The notes under the pieces: generated by a model
The model's input: the letters and a program-made list of their open reading frames with translations, nothing else
What the model was told of the DNA's origin: nothing
Databases searched by the model: none
Source: Lytechinus pictus
Taxonomy: Eukaryota
DNA length: 64,000 bases
Assembly (NCBI RefSeq): GCF_037042905.1
Contig: NC_087263.1
Location: 10,294,001-10,358,000, forward strand
Reading direction: 5' to 3'
In this document: piece after piece, positions 51,501 to 64,000 of the stretch
Layout of the letters: every line of letters begins with the position of its first letter
Numbering within the stretch: position 1 is the first letter of the stretch
Made by a program: the position numbers and the translations under genes

Positions 51501-53541
51501 GGATATGATCTGACCAATTCAGTGATGTTTTTGACAACCACATGGCGCTGGGTATTTAAATGCAAGCAATTTTAGCCAGACTTTGATACTTGTGAAACAC
51601 CCCAAGGCTATGACTGGTCCATGACAAATTAAAATACCCTCAGCTCATCTGAGTTTATTAAAAACTTGCGACTTTTGTGACTTTCTTACCTTTTAGATGG
51701 TATAGTTTCCTCAACTGAACTCCTCCGAGCAACACGTCGACCTTTACGCGTTCTATTCTTGACAGCAGGGGTCTTCGGTAGGAGTATGGCATCATCCCTA
51801 TAGTTGGAAGCAAGAAGTTAAAAGCATTGATTAAACTATGATTTTGACTCAAATTTAAAAAACCTGCAAATATCAATTTGTCACCTGTGGTTTGTTGTAA
51901 ATACAAAGCCCCCCAAAAAAATATTGTTAATGAAAATCGTTATTCAGTCATTCAGTGCACTTCAAAAAGTAACAGGAAAAACCTCCACCAGGGGCCCGTT
52001 GCAGAAAGAGTTGCGATCATCAAATGCAACTCAAAATATCTTGCGCTAATTGATTTTCAGCCAATTAAGCACCCATATTCGGGACTTGCGCTTGATATTT
52101 TGACTTGCGTTTAAAGTTAAACACAACTCTTTCTGCAAAATGCCCCAGAAAATCGAGTACGTTTATTTGAAACATGTGCATTCAGAATCATCAGACACAC
52201 CCTCTCCTAAAGGACAATTATATTCAGTCATGGTGAGGTGAACCATTGAAAAGTTATGACATCAGGTGGGTGTTTCATAAAGCTGTTCGTAAGATACGAA
52301 TGACTTTAAGATCGACTGGTGATCCTTTCTTGTGCTATGTGATATCTCTATGTAATTGATTATGACCTATTAAAGAGAAATTCCAGTAGTTGCAGTAAAC
52401 ACTGATTTCATGAGAAAGTCTGTAAAACCAGGCTTAATTGTCAGTATATCATCGAGGATCTAGATCTGGTACAGTTACATAAACTGAACTTTGTGAAATC
52501 TTGAAATCTACGCTGAAAAATGTTCAGACTGAACTTCCCCAACACAGATAAGTGCACGTGGGACAGTGTATAATTATTGCTTTGAGCGTCGGGCCCGACG
52601 CTCTACCCGAATCCTGTGCTTATTTGCTGATTTCTCAGCAATTACACAATTTCTTCCAGAATCCTTTGGCACATGCGTTTTATTTATACAAACAGATACT
52701 TTGGTGGTCATTTCATTGGATTCTGTACGAACTCATTTTGATATCGTTACCAAAACTAGCATTTACCTTAAAGAACATGTTTCAGTCGTGCATAAAGTCG
52801 TTCGTAACTTTACGAACATCTTTATGAAACATCCACCAGGTGGGTATTTCGTAAAGCTGTTCGTAAGTTAAGAGCGACTTTAAGAACGACTGGTTCATTG
52901 GCGATGGTTTGACACGTAAGAAAGGTTCACCAGTCATTCTTGAAGTCGCTCAACTAAATTACTCTTAACTTATGAACAGCTTTATGAAACGGCCCCTAGG
53001 TGGGTGTTTCATAAAAAAAGCTGTTCGTAAGATAAGAGTGACTGGTGATCCTTTCTTTTGGTAAATGGTATACACCATTGGCGATGGTTTAGCACGTAAG
53101 AAAGGTTCACCAGTCGTTCTTAAAGTCGCTCTTAACTTACGAACAGCTTTACGAAATGGCCCCCTGGACCGGCTGCTCACATACATGCATTTGTCAGGTT
53201 GTGAATTCAAAACTTTATAACATCACAAGTTCACAACTCTCATTCGCGTGTAGATATCAATCATTCTCTGGCAGATATTCGGCAAGCTTTCATCAATTCT
53301 TTTCTGTGTTTTTTTTTTCTTTTATCATACATCACCTATATCATCATTTAGAGTGAGATGAGATTACACTGAAACCACGATCAAGGAGAATCGCCTACCT
53401 TCCAAAGTTCTCCTTGGCAGTTATCAACACCTCTTCTAGATACTTCATGTGCTTGGATTCAAACTCGTGGAGGAATTGCCGGATGTGTGCCTCTGCATCA
53501 TGGTATATATTGAACCCCAGGAGGGGTTGATCACCAGCCAT
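34754..53541 (-). CDS. INCENP: Inner centromere protein INCENP. Exons 53541-53399, 51797-51690, 50714-49217, 48649-48459, 47843-47771, 46111-45968, 45009-44900, 43703-43598, 42065-41928, 40546-40365, 39459-39315, 37530-37361, 36112-36003, 34932-34754; 1098 aa
   Basis: All 13 introns are GT-AG and phase-compatible (3297 nt total). N-terminal CEN-box-like [17 protein letters not shown]...LLPKTP; central CPRSKVIRP...[11 protein letters not shown]-rich single alpha helix; C-terminal IN-box [29 protein letters not shown]...[14 protein letters not shown] with the Aurora B TSS motif. Confidence 0.95.
37070..37337 (-). mobile_element. tRNA-derived SINE
   Basis: A and B boxes on -, core ACCCAGGTGTAGTAAATGGGTACC, tail with GCTATATAAATG. 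Confidence 0.8.
37531..38495. repeat. ~107-bp tandem minisatellite (about 6 units) abutting the INCENP exon 12 acceptor
   Basis: ACT(A/G)AGA marker at 37951, 38058, 38162, 38243, 38350, 38457. Confidence 0.9.
37601..37950 (-). mobile_element. tRNA-derived SINE inserted in the first unit of a tandem repeat
   Basis: GTTCGAATCCC B box on -, (TAT)n tail; splits CCTCAT|ACTAAG of the 107-bp unit. Confidence 0.85.
42235..42696. mobile_element. TTAA-flanked Kolobok-like element nested in a MITE (about 42136-42908)
   Basis: AG...CT termini; inverted TGACAAATCATGGGGAAAT; host element matches 24338-24649. Confidence 0.75.
44248..44696. mobile_element. MITE with TIR CAGACCTGCCA and 6-bp TSD
   Basis: GGCCTA at 44242-44247 and 44697-44702. 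Confidence 0.8.
46269..47359. mobile_element. Non-autonomous DNA transposon with 18-bp TIR and 4-bp TSD
   Basis: TIR CAGTCAGTCCGCAAGCCC; AATG at 46265-46268 and 47360-47363. Confidence 0.82.
52266..53163. mobile_element. Three abutting PIF/Harbinger-like MITEs; the first is interrupted by a Kolobok-like element (52374 to about 52768)
   Basis: Ends G(G/T)G..TTTCATAAAGCTGTTCGTAAG; 3-bp spacers CAG/CAG/TAG/CTG. Related copies at 22809-22976 and about 42926-43097. Confidence 0.8.
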
Positions 53542-56164
53542 TGTTGTAGTTTAATTATTATTCTGATGGACTAACCTGTGGGGGAAAAACAAATCATTAC
53601 CATTTTGGGGTAATTCCAAGCAAGTCAAATCAAATCAAACCAATTTAATTATTGACTCCAAATGTGCCCATTTGATTAATTGATAGTCTATGGCAAAAGC
53701 TGACATTTTCACTGTAAGCAGTTTGCCTTTAATACGGATCTACAAGTACAAATGCATTTTGTTCGATACCATCCACCATTTGTCTCATCCACCAGCGCTA
53801 ACATCTAGCCACCTAACTAGCCAACAAAACAATTTGAATTACTTAGCAGTTTTTCTACCTTTGACTTTGAGTTCTCAACACCAAGTGTCTACCGAGGAGA
53901 TAGACCAAAAGCTTCGGTCTCTTTTATGTTGGTTGTTCCGCTGAACTCTGTTGGCTCCACTCACCAAATACAGAGACCGAAGTTCTAGCTTGATCTGTAC
54001 AGGGACTCAATGGCCATATGTTAATGTATTAAGTTCGGATAAAACAGGGATTGAAGTTGCGCGACAGCTGAAGTAAGTCACTGTTTTTTCCCCTTTTAAG
54101 TTTATTTTTCCCCGTTTTGGTGCATTTCAGGCTATAAAGGCATGATAATCTTTATTTTGGTACAGTTCTTTTTATATATTTTTATGAAATAAAGACAAAA
54201 ATTGATGAGCCCCGTCGGGGGAATTTTGCATTGTTAACCCCCTAATGGTGGCTGCACGATAGCGAGTCGTCTGTGTACGAGGAGAAATTTAAAAAAAAAA
54301 ATGTTTAAAAACTCCTCGAAACAGACGGCTGCCAGCTGTCTACCGAGGAGACTACTAATGTAGGGCGTGAAACAGGCCCAAAATGAACAACAACAACATC
54401 CACAACGAGCTTTTGACCTCAATGAGACAAAAATTCTTTGTTTTGCACCCAACTTAAAGGACGATACGCGCGGGGGAGTAGGCGCAGTGTCCATATGAAC
54501 AAGAATCGATTTACGAGAGAAAAAGGGGGAAAAGATACAAATTTAGTAAGAATTCATCAAAATTGTTTTGACTAGACCCGAACCCCGCCGAAAAACGGTT
54601 GTTCATACGGGGCAAGAAATCCGATAGGAAACGGCTTTAGAACAAATGTCCGTCGTCAATCGTCGAATCATGTGCCGGAGCTCGCAGTGGAAGTACATAT
54701 GACAAACGATTCATCAATGATATAATGTTGTGAAACCTCTGTACTTGTCATCTCATAAAGAAAACACCTAACCTTGTGATAGACTCTATAAAAGTGAGAA
54801 TAAAAGTGAAATAAGTACTAAAGTAATGAGGGAGTTGTACGTGTGTGATATCACAGATCTTGGTCGCATTGCCGATGAGAGGATCTACATGGCACTAGTG
54901 ATCTCAATATTCAAATGCTCATAACTTTCTTATTATTCATTCAATCTTCCTCAAACTTTCAACAATATGTTTCTTTGATTTTTCTCTTTGATATGGATTC
55001 AGCTAGTTTCAAGGGTTTCATTCTCCTTTAAATGATTTTTACTCTCTAGAAGCCGCCTGGCTACTTTTGACCTCAGTGAGACAAAATTTTGGGTGGAAAA
55101 AATCATGCTTTTGTTGGTGTTGTTTCATTTGTCCTTTTGCAAAGCAAGTCTCCAATGTGGGAGATTGTCTCCCCTATTGGAGAGAGTCTCCCATATTGGC
55201 CGTGCGCCTCTACTGATGTAGTGAGACGATCAGTCGATCACTATACTATTTAGCATTTTGATATCAGACTCAGAGAACTGATTTGGATGAGTCAAAATAT
55301 TTCGCCACTGTGACAAGAATCGGCCGTAAAGTGTATCGGGGGCGGTCGGTTTCAAAAGAAGGGTGCAAATGAGCAAATGTAAACTAAAATCGTCACATTC
55401 GTTGTTCGCCGATATATACGCGAATAGAATCGTTCAATCGGAGTCGTCGATCGAAGCATGGGAATCTGATCTGCTCAATTTTCTGCACAAATTAGACAAA
55501 ATGTAGGTAAAACTGATAAATATTTTCGCAGATACGATGCTTAGGAAATTAGGTGGTCGATAAATTAAGGGGTAGGTCCAACCATTAAATCTGTATATTT
55601 AATCATGTCAAACGTATTGTATTTTAACTTAAGACATCATCATGGAGTCCTCAAACTAACAAGTAACTTATGTCTCCCTCCCTTCTGGTCTGGAGAGCTA
55701 TATTAATAATTTATTATAAAAAAAGACATGATTAAGTCAAGTGATTAAATTACGGTCAATAATGAATATGACTAATCATTCTAATGACATGTGATACAAG
55801 TCTATACTATAGTCATGATAGTACAGTTAAATTATCAATTATCTGCTCAACAAAGTTAATCATAATATATATGAGTCTACTCATATTTTCTGAGGTCAAA
55901 ACCAGATTTCAACACTGAAAATAAATTGAAATCACCCTTTGGCATTGATGTAAACACGCCAGTCGCCACACACACATTCCATTGTTAATGAATGGACACA
56001 CAACACCGACGATTCAGTCAGCTCAGTCAGTCAGTGACTGAACACTGCACAACACCGAATGAAATTTCTTCGTCATTGAAGTACATCTTACAAGGAAAAT
56101 TATAATCATGGGTATTCATATTTTTAAGACATCGAATTTTATAAATTTGTAATAATATACTCAC

Positions 56165-56447
56165 CGTATGATATTACAACATCGAAAAACAATGGGCATA
56201 ACTCGATGTTTCACCGTACACTTGCATGACTCGACTTGCCGCGCGTGTGATGAATACGTTTCAAATCTAGTTGCGGAAAGAGAGCCAATCATAAGCCACG
56301 AAGTAAGTACGTCATATGCACACACTATATCGCGATCACCGTAGATGGCGCTGAAACGCCACGTTGGAATTTACCGATTGGAGATAAAACTGTGCGAGGA
56401 AAGGTTGTGAAGATCTACAAAAGAGTGATTTTGATTTACATTTTCGG
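56165..56447. promoter_or_regulatory. Candidate bidirectional promoter with non-coding first exons of INCENP (-) and COPB1 (+)
   Basis: CpG-rich patch bounded by a minus-strand donor (CG|GTGAGT, exon end 56165) and a plus-strand donor (GG|GTAATG at 56448). Contains CCAAT 56285-56289, ATTGG 56377-56381, CHR-like TTTGAA on - (56260-56265) and YY1-like AGATGGCG at 56343. Both ATG exons are preceded by acceptors (about 53576 and 59766). Confidence 0.6.
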
Positions 56448-57254
56448 GTAATGAGAGGATTGATGCTCATCATACATAATTTGTATTTATTTATGTATCA
56501 CTTTTAAACATTTCTAGTCTATATCTTTAGCATGTTATACCATAAAAATTGTGATCATTTACCACTTGATTCACTTAACCCGGGCCTAGGTAGACTCGTA
56601 GGCAAGGGGGTAGTATTGCCTAATGCGTGCGATTTAGCATGCACGCGATTGAATGGCGGAAAACCATAATTCCATGATGCATACACTTGAAATGCACACG
56701 AGCCAAATCACTGACCCTTTTGTGCAATGCTGCAATCTTTATTTTAATGGTGGTCGCCTATTTTTTAAAGATTTTTTATATATTTATTCCAATGGCCTTT
56801 TGAAATTTTCTCCTGTGACTGGGAGTGTATGTGGACTATTTGCAGCTTAATGGCAATGTTTTATGAGATAGATTAGACTTGTCTTTTTGACTTTTGAAAG
56901 TTTTGTATTGAATTTGGGTAGGCCTAGGGCCCCTATTTTTCTAGCCCTAGCCCTAGGCCTAAATTCTAAAAAAGTTAGATCTATCCTGTATCCAATTTCA
57001 GAGACAGTCTCCAGTTTGGGAGACCAATTTCCTTTGTTTACATTTGCTGCAAAAGGATTACATTGTCATTGGCAGCAAATAAAATGTGATAAGCAGATTC
57101 CTCATGAACAATTACCCCTTTTCACCCTCATGAGTCCCGTCTGGCATCTAGTCTACTTTAAAAATTCACCGTCTAATTTGATAAGGATTTTTGTTGTCAT
57201 ACACACACAAAACAAATGGGCTTCTGACTAGCCAGGACTGGCAGGAGTAGCCAG

Positions 57255-59216
57255 GGGCCTGTTGCATGAAAGGGTCTTTGGTAGAACCATTCTACGTAAG
57301 AACGAGATATCGCTCAACTGTTTCACAAAGCCGATTTGGGCGATACGAAGAATGGTCCTTGGAAAGACACCTCCAGACATGTCCTACGTAGGCATGATCT
57401 CATTTGCACACCGCCCGCCACCGTCGGCATTGAGAGAAAATGCATTTACGGCAAGCCACACTGACATATCACCTCTAAACATTTTTTTGGTTGCACTCTG
57501 ATGCATTTTATCTGGGATGGCGCCAAGTTATTTTTTATATGGGGTCTAGTTGTCATCAATTTCAGGTCATCTTTTTGCACGGCAGGACGACCAAAAACGG
57601 ATGTCATTTTAACTTCTCCGGGGTACATGTATTATTCCCGGGGGTAACTAGGGCCAAATATTTTTTTAAATATGTTTTCTTCTATTCTCCCTCCGTCTTA
57701 TCCCCACCCCTTTTCTATTAAAAAATAAACTTGAAATACTTGAAATGGGCGGCACTATATCTCTTTAGCCGACCCCTCATGCTTTCTCATTATAGATAAA
57801 CAACAAATTTCTTTAAAAGAAATTATGTAAGGTAAAAAACGTGTTCAATAACATTCAGCAAAAAAAAACAAGACAAACTAAACTAAGATGTTAAACATGC
57901 TAAATCATTTATTTATTTTTATTTTATTTTCATTATAATTATTGTTTTTTTGCTGAGATTTATTTTAATCAATGAAAATTAATTGTTGGATTTGAAACAG
58001 TGAAACAAAACAAAAAACCTGCAGCTAATATTGAATTTAAGATACAGATCAAGCCTATAGCTTACGAATCCATCACAACCATTACAAATGAAGATAAGTT
58101 CATTAAAGAAAAGATTATGGAAAGTCCATACGAAGAGGCGCATTTTAAATCTTAGGGTAGGCCCCTTTCGGCCCTTATGTCATAGCATATAATCTCTATA
58201 CTCCTTAACTTTGAAATTTTGAACATATATATTTTTATGTTATTTCTTAAACCTTATATTCTTATATAAACTTCCATAAATTAAGTGATCATCTTTAAAT
58301 ATGACCAGCGTTTATGATCGTTGTCATATTTAGCATTATTTCTGTAAAAGTATTTTTTCCATTGCGAATTGATTCACACCTTTTTCAATGTTTTAATTAT
58401 TATTGCAAAGTACTATATACTTTATCCACTTGGACATGTTTGCAGCAATTTTCATATTTTCATTTTCTTCTGTTACTCATCATGCAACTGAGGTATGTTT
58501 ATACTCTAAACACTCACATTTGTATTTCTTGCGTTATATCTGACAAATAAAATAAATAAATTAGATTTTTCACACGCAGCCTCTCATATTTTCCTTTTTA
58601 GTCTCATACAATCAGACACTGTTGATTTTGTTTACTCCATTTAAACCCTATATTTACCTCAACAAATAACATATTAACGCATAATTTATAAAATTATCAT
58701 TATATACAAGTATTCTATAAAAATACAGAATATTGAACTAATAAATGTCGAAATTACTTAGTTAAATCAATTTTTATGTCGGACAAGGGTCTCTTTCGTT
58801 GAAATATCAATAAAAGGTGTCTCTAAAAAGACACCGTGTTCTAAATAAGGGAAATAATGAAAATTTCGATTTTATTTAGTTATGTTTGTGAATCTTTAAA
58901 GTTTTTTCTCTTTTAACCTCATAAAGTAAGCTCCATACATCAATTCTACTATCAGTAATAAATAAAACATTATTTTATCTCCTTTTATTGAAATATCGGA
59001 TTTTATGTAAAGTCGTCATTCAGAAATAAAAGGTTCAGGTGACGATGAAGACTAAATATTTTTCCGATACTATCGATATCAAACGATGTCGCGGACTTGG
59101 AAGACAAAATTGCCTTCGTGAAACGGAAAGCGCTGATTTGTCGCCAATCTTCCTATCTCGGAAGAATGGTCCTAGGACGTTCCTACGTATCGCTCATCTC
59201 GTCATGCAACAGGCCC
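57255..59216. mobile_element. ~2-kb non-autonomous PIF/Harbinger-like element in the COPB1 5' intron
   Basis: TIR GGGCCTGTTGCATGA; 3-bp TSD CAG; subterminal GAAGAATGGTCCT and CCTACGTA repeats. Confidence 0.82.
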
Positions 59217-59809
59217 CAGGAGGCTTCTAAGTTAGAGAGTAAAAATCATTTACTAACGTAGGCTTACTCTCAATGAAGCCAGGTCTTCCTTCTCATTCAC
59301 CTACACGAAGGACCCCAAAAAACCTGAAACTTTCACCCCCGAGATTTCTACTTTCCTTCAGATCTAGCCCTAAAATCATGTACTAGGGAGTGATGTACAT
59401 GGGATTAAACTTCATTTCCGACATTTCTACGCTCTCGTTATTTTTAAACAAGAATTCATCAAAAAAAATGAGAAAAATATTGTGAAAAGACGGAAGAGAC
59501 TTGCCCAATGTTTACGCCGCCATCTTGTTTCCTATTGTTCTTCGCCAACGTTACAGACGCGTGCGTTGCGCAACCAGTGAAACAAAAATTCAAGTAAAAT
59601 ACATTCAACAAACATTTTTAACATGTATGTAACGCCAGGCAAGATAAAAGAAATAAGAGTGGTATTGGGAAGAATTTGAATACCCATGCCGGACTGACAA
59701 GTCATTCTGCAAGTTATTATGCAAGTCTTTAAGTTTATGCAAGTTATTCTCTTTATTTCTCCACAGCTTTACCTTTTGTCCTCCCTGTTGCAACCATTAT
59801 TCAACCAAG

Positions 59810-62707
59810 ATGACGTCTACTTTAGAGCTACCATGCTATACCCTCATTAATATGAATATGGATGTAGAGCCGCCTAATGAGATGCAACTAAAGAATGATA
59901 TAGGTGAGTAAATACCTCTTCGGGCCCAATTTCATGGAACAATAATTAAATAAATGCTTTAAAGGACAAGTCTACCGCAACAAAAAGTTGATTTGAATAA
60001 AAAGAGAATAATCCAACAAGCATAACACTGAAAATTTCATCAAAATTGGATGTAAAATAAGGAAGTTATGACATTTCAAAGTTTCGCTAAATTTCACAAA
60101 ACGGTTATATGCACATCCCAGTCGGTATGCAAATGAGGGAACTGATGACATCACTCACTATTTCTTTTGTATTTTATTATATGAAATATTCTTATTTTCT
60201 CATTTTCCTGTGAAACAAAGTTTTCTTTCTCCCTGAACATGTTGAAGTACCATTGCTTAAAGGTAAATTCCAGTTTTGGGAACGATCTCAAAATGACTTT
60301 TTACAGAATTTAATATAATGATCACCAAAGTGTCTGTTTGTATGAATAAAAAATATGTGCCAAAGGATTCTGGGAGAAATTGCGTAACTGCTGAGAAATA
60401 AGCAAAATAAGCGCGGATTCGGTCACTTCCGTCGGGTCTTTATTCCAGCAATAATAATACACTGTCCCACGTGTGCCTATCTGTGTTGGCGATCTTCAGT
60501 GTGATCGTTTTTTAGCTAGATATTATGATTTCACAAAGTTCAGTTTATGTAACTGTACCAGATCTAGATCCACGATGATATATCAATACTTTACCTTGGT
60601 TTTACAGACTTTCTCACGAAATCAGTGTTTTACTGCAACTACGTTCATTTAGCTTTAACATTTTATGGTTCAATCAAGTTGGTCCTCATTGTCAAATCTG
60701 CAAAAATTGAAATAATGTATAATTCGAACAATAAAAAAATAAATAGTGAGTGAAAACAAAGTGAAAACAAATTCTCTCATTTACATGTGACTAAATTGTG
60801 CATATAAGTATTTTATTTTAAGAAACTTCAAAATGTCATAACTTTCTTATTTTACATCCGATTTTGATGAAATTTTGAGCATAATGCTTGTGTGATTTTT
60901 CTCTTTTTCTCTTTTGATTCAAATCAACATTTTTCTGAGGTGGACTTGACCATTAAAGACATACATGTAGCCACTTTGAAGAGCACCATCTCACGACCGG
61001 GGTTCTGATTCATAGTACTTGTTATATAACAGTTAAAGTTACTGAAATTATTCAACATGATTGGCTGATACACTAATAACCTCGTCGTAATTATAATAGT
61101 CTTTATGAAACAGGAACCAGAACTACCTCATTTACAGCGCTGCATCGGTGCATCCTTTCACTCGATACAGTGATGAGCAATATCTTAGATATACTTTTCT
61201 CATCATTAATACCATATTATTTGCCAAGAAATAAAAAGTTTTTAGTATTGCTTCCAAGCATTCTTGTTTTTGATAAAGATCAAATGACCATCATATTTTT
61301 TTTAATCAAGCTTCACAATAATAATATTCATTTTTGTACAATGGAAGGGTATAAGACTACGGTATGTATCTGTAAATGAACCTGTACATGGGCAAATGAT
61401 AGGCTAATCATTGTGTTCAGAGTTATATGCCCCTTTAACTAACAACCTGTATTGCTTTCTGTTGTCAACAGAGAAAGGAGACACAAAGACAAAGACTGAA
61501 GCTCTGAAGAAGCTTATCTACATGATTCTCAATGGAGAGAAGTTTCCTGGAATATTGATGCATGTCATCCGGTTTCTTCTACCGCTCAAGGTCTGTATGT
61601 AATGCACCAAACCTACATGTAAAGTCAGAGCGGCATCTTTCCCCTCAGGAATCCTGTATTATACCCCTTTCATAAACCCATCCTCCAATTAGCGGCCTAA
61701 GAGTAATGCGGATAATTCAATAAAAATTACGTTCACAAACTCCGAAAATAATCCGCACTATTTTTACGAGCGCCCTTACTGAAAAAGGCAGATAATCGTC
61801 ATGGCAACCGCACACACCCCCTCCGATGCGGTTGTGTTGGAAAAGGGTGACCTTGTGACCGCACCATGGCAATTATCCACATTACTTTTGAAATGCGTTC
61901 ATAAAGTCAAAATCTTGTCCCGATGCCGCTATTATGCGGATAATTGCAGCATCAAAATAATGCGGATAACTCTGGTCCTCCTCCGAATTTATGACCAAAT
62001 TATGCTGCTATTAGCCGCATAATTGGGTTTATGAAAGGGGTATTAGTCGTTTGGTCACTAATCCACACATTTCATCATACAAGAAATGATCGCTGAACAT
62101 TGAAAGAAAAAGACCCTGTTGAAAAACAGCTTGCAACCGATATGTCTTTTTTTTTAATTGTAAACTGTAATTGAAGGAGAAGCGTGTTACTTAATTGTTC
62201 TTACACACTAGCAGTAGTGGGATATATGTGGAGTAATGTGGCACAGACTTTACCTAGTTTATTACTTGGGATGAATTTTTATCAGTGTAAATCTTTCCTT
62301 TTTTTTGCAGTTTCTCTTGGACATACTTGATATCAATCACACCTGCATTTTTCAATGCAAAATTGCATTTTCCACAAATCATATTCTGTCTTTGTATTGA
62401 TTCCAGAAAAACAGGAATAAGCCTGTAGAAGACTGCAATTATCAAATACCTGTTTTGATGCGCGTAACAGTATATCTTTACTTCTAGCATTGTGCCATAT
62501 CGATAACATATAAAAATTGTTCATGTTAGTGACAGTTTCATTGTGTGGTAGTTCCAATCTTGATGACATGATTGGGATTTTCATTTGTCTGGTTAGGACC
62601 ACACTATCAAGAAACTATTGCTGATCTTCTGGGAGATTGTTCCAAAGACTCATCCAGATGGCAAACTCCTCCAGGAAATGATCCTTGTTTGTGATGCATA
62701 CAGGAAG
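59810..62707 (+). CDS. COPB1: Coatomer subunit beta, first three coding exons 59810-59903, 61472-61590, 62597-62707; gene continues beyond the window
   Basis: Spliced translation [108 protein letters not shown] closely matches the recalled beta-COP N-terminus. GT-AG sites are in phase. Confidence 0.96.
59963..60952. mobile_element. Kolobok-like element containing a nested Kolobok-like element (60261-60654)
   Basis: Both are TTAA-flanked and start with AG; the inner element is the reverse complement of 52374-52768 and the outer matches 1-268. Confidence 0.8.
61662..62042. mobile_element. PIF/Harbinger-like MITE
   Basis: 19-bp TIR TACCCCTTTCATAAACCCA; TTA TSD; internal ATGCGGATAA repeats. Confidence 0.85.
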
Positions 62708-63439
62708 GTGGGTGAAAACCTCTTGCTCTAATTTAACTTTTGATTTCAATTATTTGATTTATCTTAATCAGGGCTCGACACTAGCGCCGGTCCGACGGTC
62801 CCAGACCGGTAAAAATCGCTGTCGGGCCAGTAGATTTTCAGAAATAGGAAGATTTACTGGTCCGACATGACCAGTAAAAAATATCATTGTCGGGCCAGTA
62901 ATTTTTCCAAAAATAGCAAGATTTAAGGGTCCGACATGACCAGTAATAAAAACCATTGTTGGGCCAATAACTTTTCCAGAAATGGTCAAATTCACTGCAA
63001 ACCATTTCCCCCCGTTAAATTCTGTCATTCACACACAGAATACACACAGAATGAATCGCACGTAAGTGTTACTAAAGTAGCATACAGTGTATGTGGCCAG
63101 CCACACAACACACGTGGTAAATTCTGTACTGGCTGCGCGAACGAAGCTTGGCTAAACTCTGGCAGAAATCTCTCACAGAACTGTCAAAATTCACGATTCA
63201 TACTCATGAAAGGCTCTTATAATCTCCATATTTCCTAAAAATTGGAGTAACTCTGTCATTTGTAAGCAGTTAAAGGAGAAATTTTCACTTCTGTTTTGGT
63301 TCAAACAGATCGGGTTTCGGGTGATATCGTCTGAATACATAATAGCCCCACATATGCATTTATGTGTGTGTTGATACACTTGGTTTCTTTCTTTCGTAGC
63401 TATTTTAATTGAGCCAAAAGAAACTGATAAATTATTTGA

Positions 63440-63629
63440 TAGTTTTAGCTTTCTTCCTCTGTTTTCTTCCTATCTTTCTTTCCTTCTTTCTTTTCAATCT
63501 TTCTTTGTTTCTTCCCTCTCTTCTTTCATTTTTTGTTACTGTCTTTCTTTTTTAATTTCCCTTTTTTTCTTTAATTCGTTCTTTCATTCTTTCTATCCTT
63601 TTAAAAAATATTTTTCTCTATTTCTTTTT

Positions 63630-63669
<40 letters not shown>

Positions 63670-64000
63670 TTTTTTTGGTGATATTTTCCTTTCTTTAATT
63701 TTTGAGTCCATCCATCCTATATTCATCTCTTCTCTTCTTCCTTTCTTTCCTTCCTTCTTTTTACCCTTTTCTTTCCTTCATTCTTTGTTACTTTCTTTGT
63801 TTCTTTCTTCCTTCCATCCATCCATCATTTATTTACCCTTTCTTGTTTTTTTTTTTTATTTCTTCCTTCTTTCAGCCCTCTCTCTCTCTCTCTCTTAGAT
63901 TCATTCCTTCCTTTCTTCTATCTGTCTTGTTCTTTCCTTTTTCCCTTTGTTAAATCTATCCTTTTACCTTTCCTTTTTTTTGACTGCTTGCTTCCTTTCT
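63440..64000 (+). repeat. Polypyrimidine low-complexity tract, (CTTT)n-rich
   Basis: Directly visible. Similar tracts at 7010-7620, 30080-30620 and 31400-31610. Confidence 0.9.

Noticed and set aside
62768..62975. Repetitive 86-aa ORF (GHVGP repeats)
   Set aside because: Subterminal tandem repeats of a probable transposon end inside a COPB1 intron.

Overview
Eukaryotic, AT-rich, repeat-dense animal DNA. The repeat style suggests an invertebrate deuterostome such as a sea urchin (inference). Three spliced genes were reconstructed by hand with frame-consistent splice sites. SPC24 (+, 21817-27535, 5 coding exons, 208 aa) has two minor-spliceosome (U12) introns, one AT-AC and one GT-AG. INCENP (-, 53541-34754, 14 coding exons, 1098 aa) lies tail-to-tail with SPC24. 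The first three coding exons of COPB1 (+, from 59810) lie head-to-head with INCENP across a candidate bidirectional promoter near 56.2-56.45 kb. The first 17 kb is an old tandem duplication whose two copies carry different insertions, including a near-intact CR1/L2-group LINE ORF2 with one 2-bp frameshift. Many non-autonomous DNA transposons have visible TIRs and TSDs. The most unusual items are a SINE-like element with an apparently 7SL-derived head (about 600-783), a 528-bp fold-back element with a 9-bp TSD, and a ~120-bp block shared between the 5' regions of SPC24 and INCENP. All homology calls come from recalled sequences; no searches were run.
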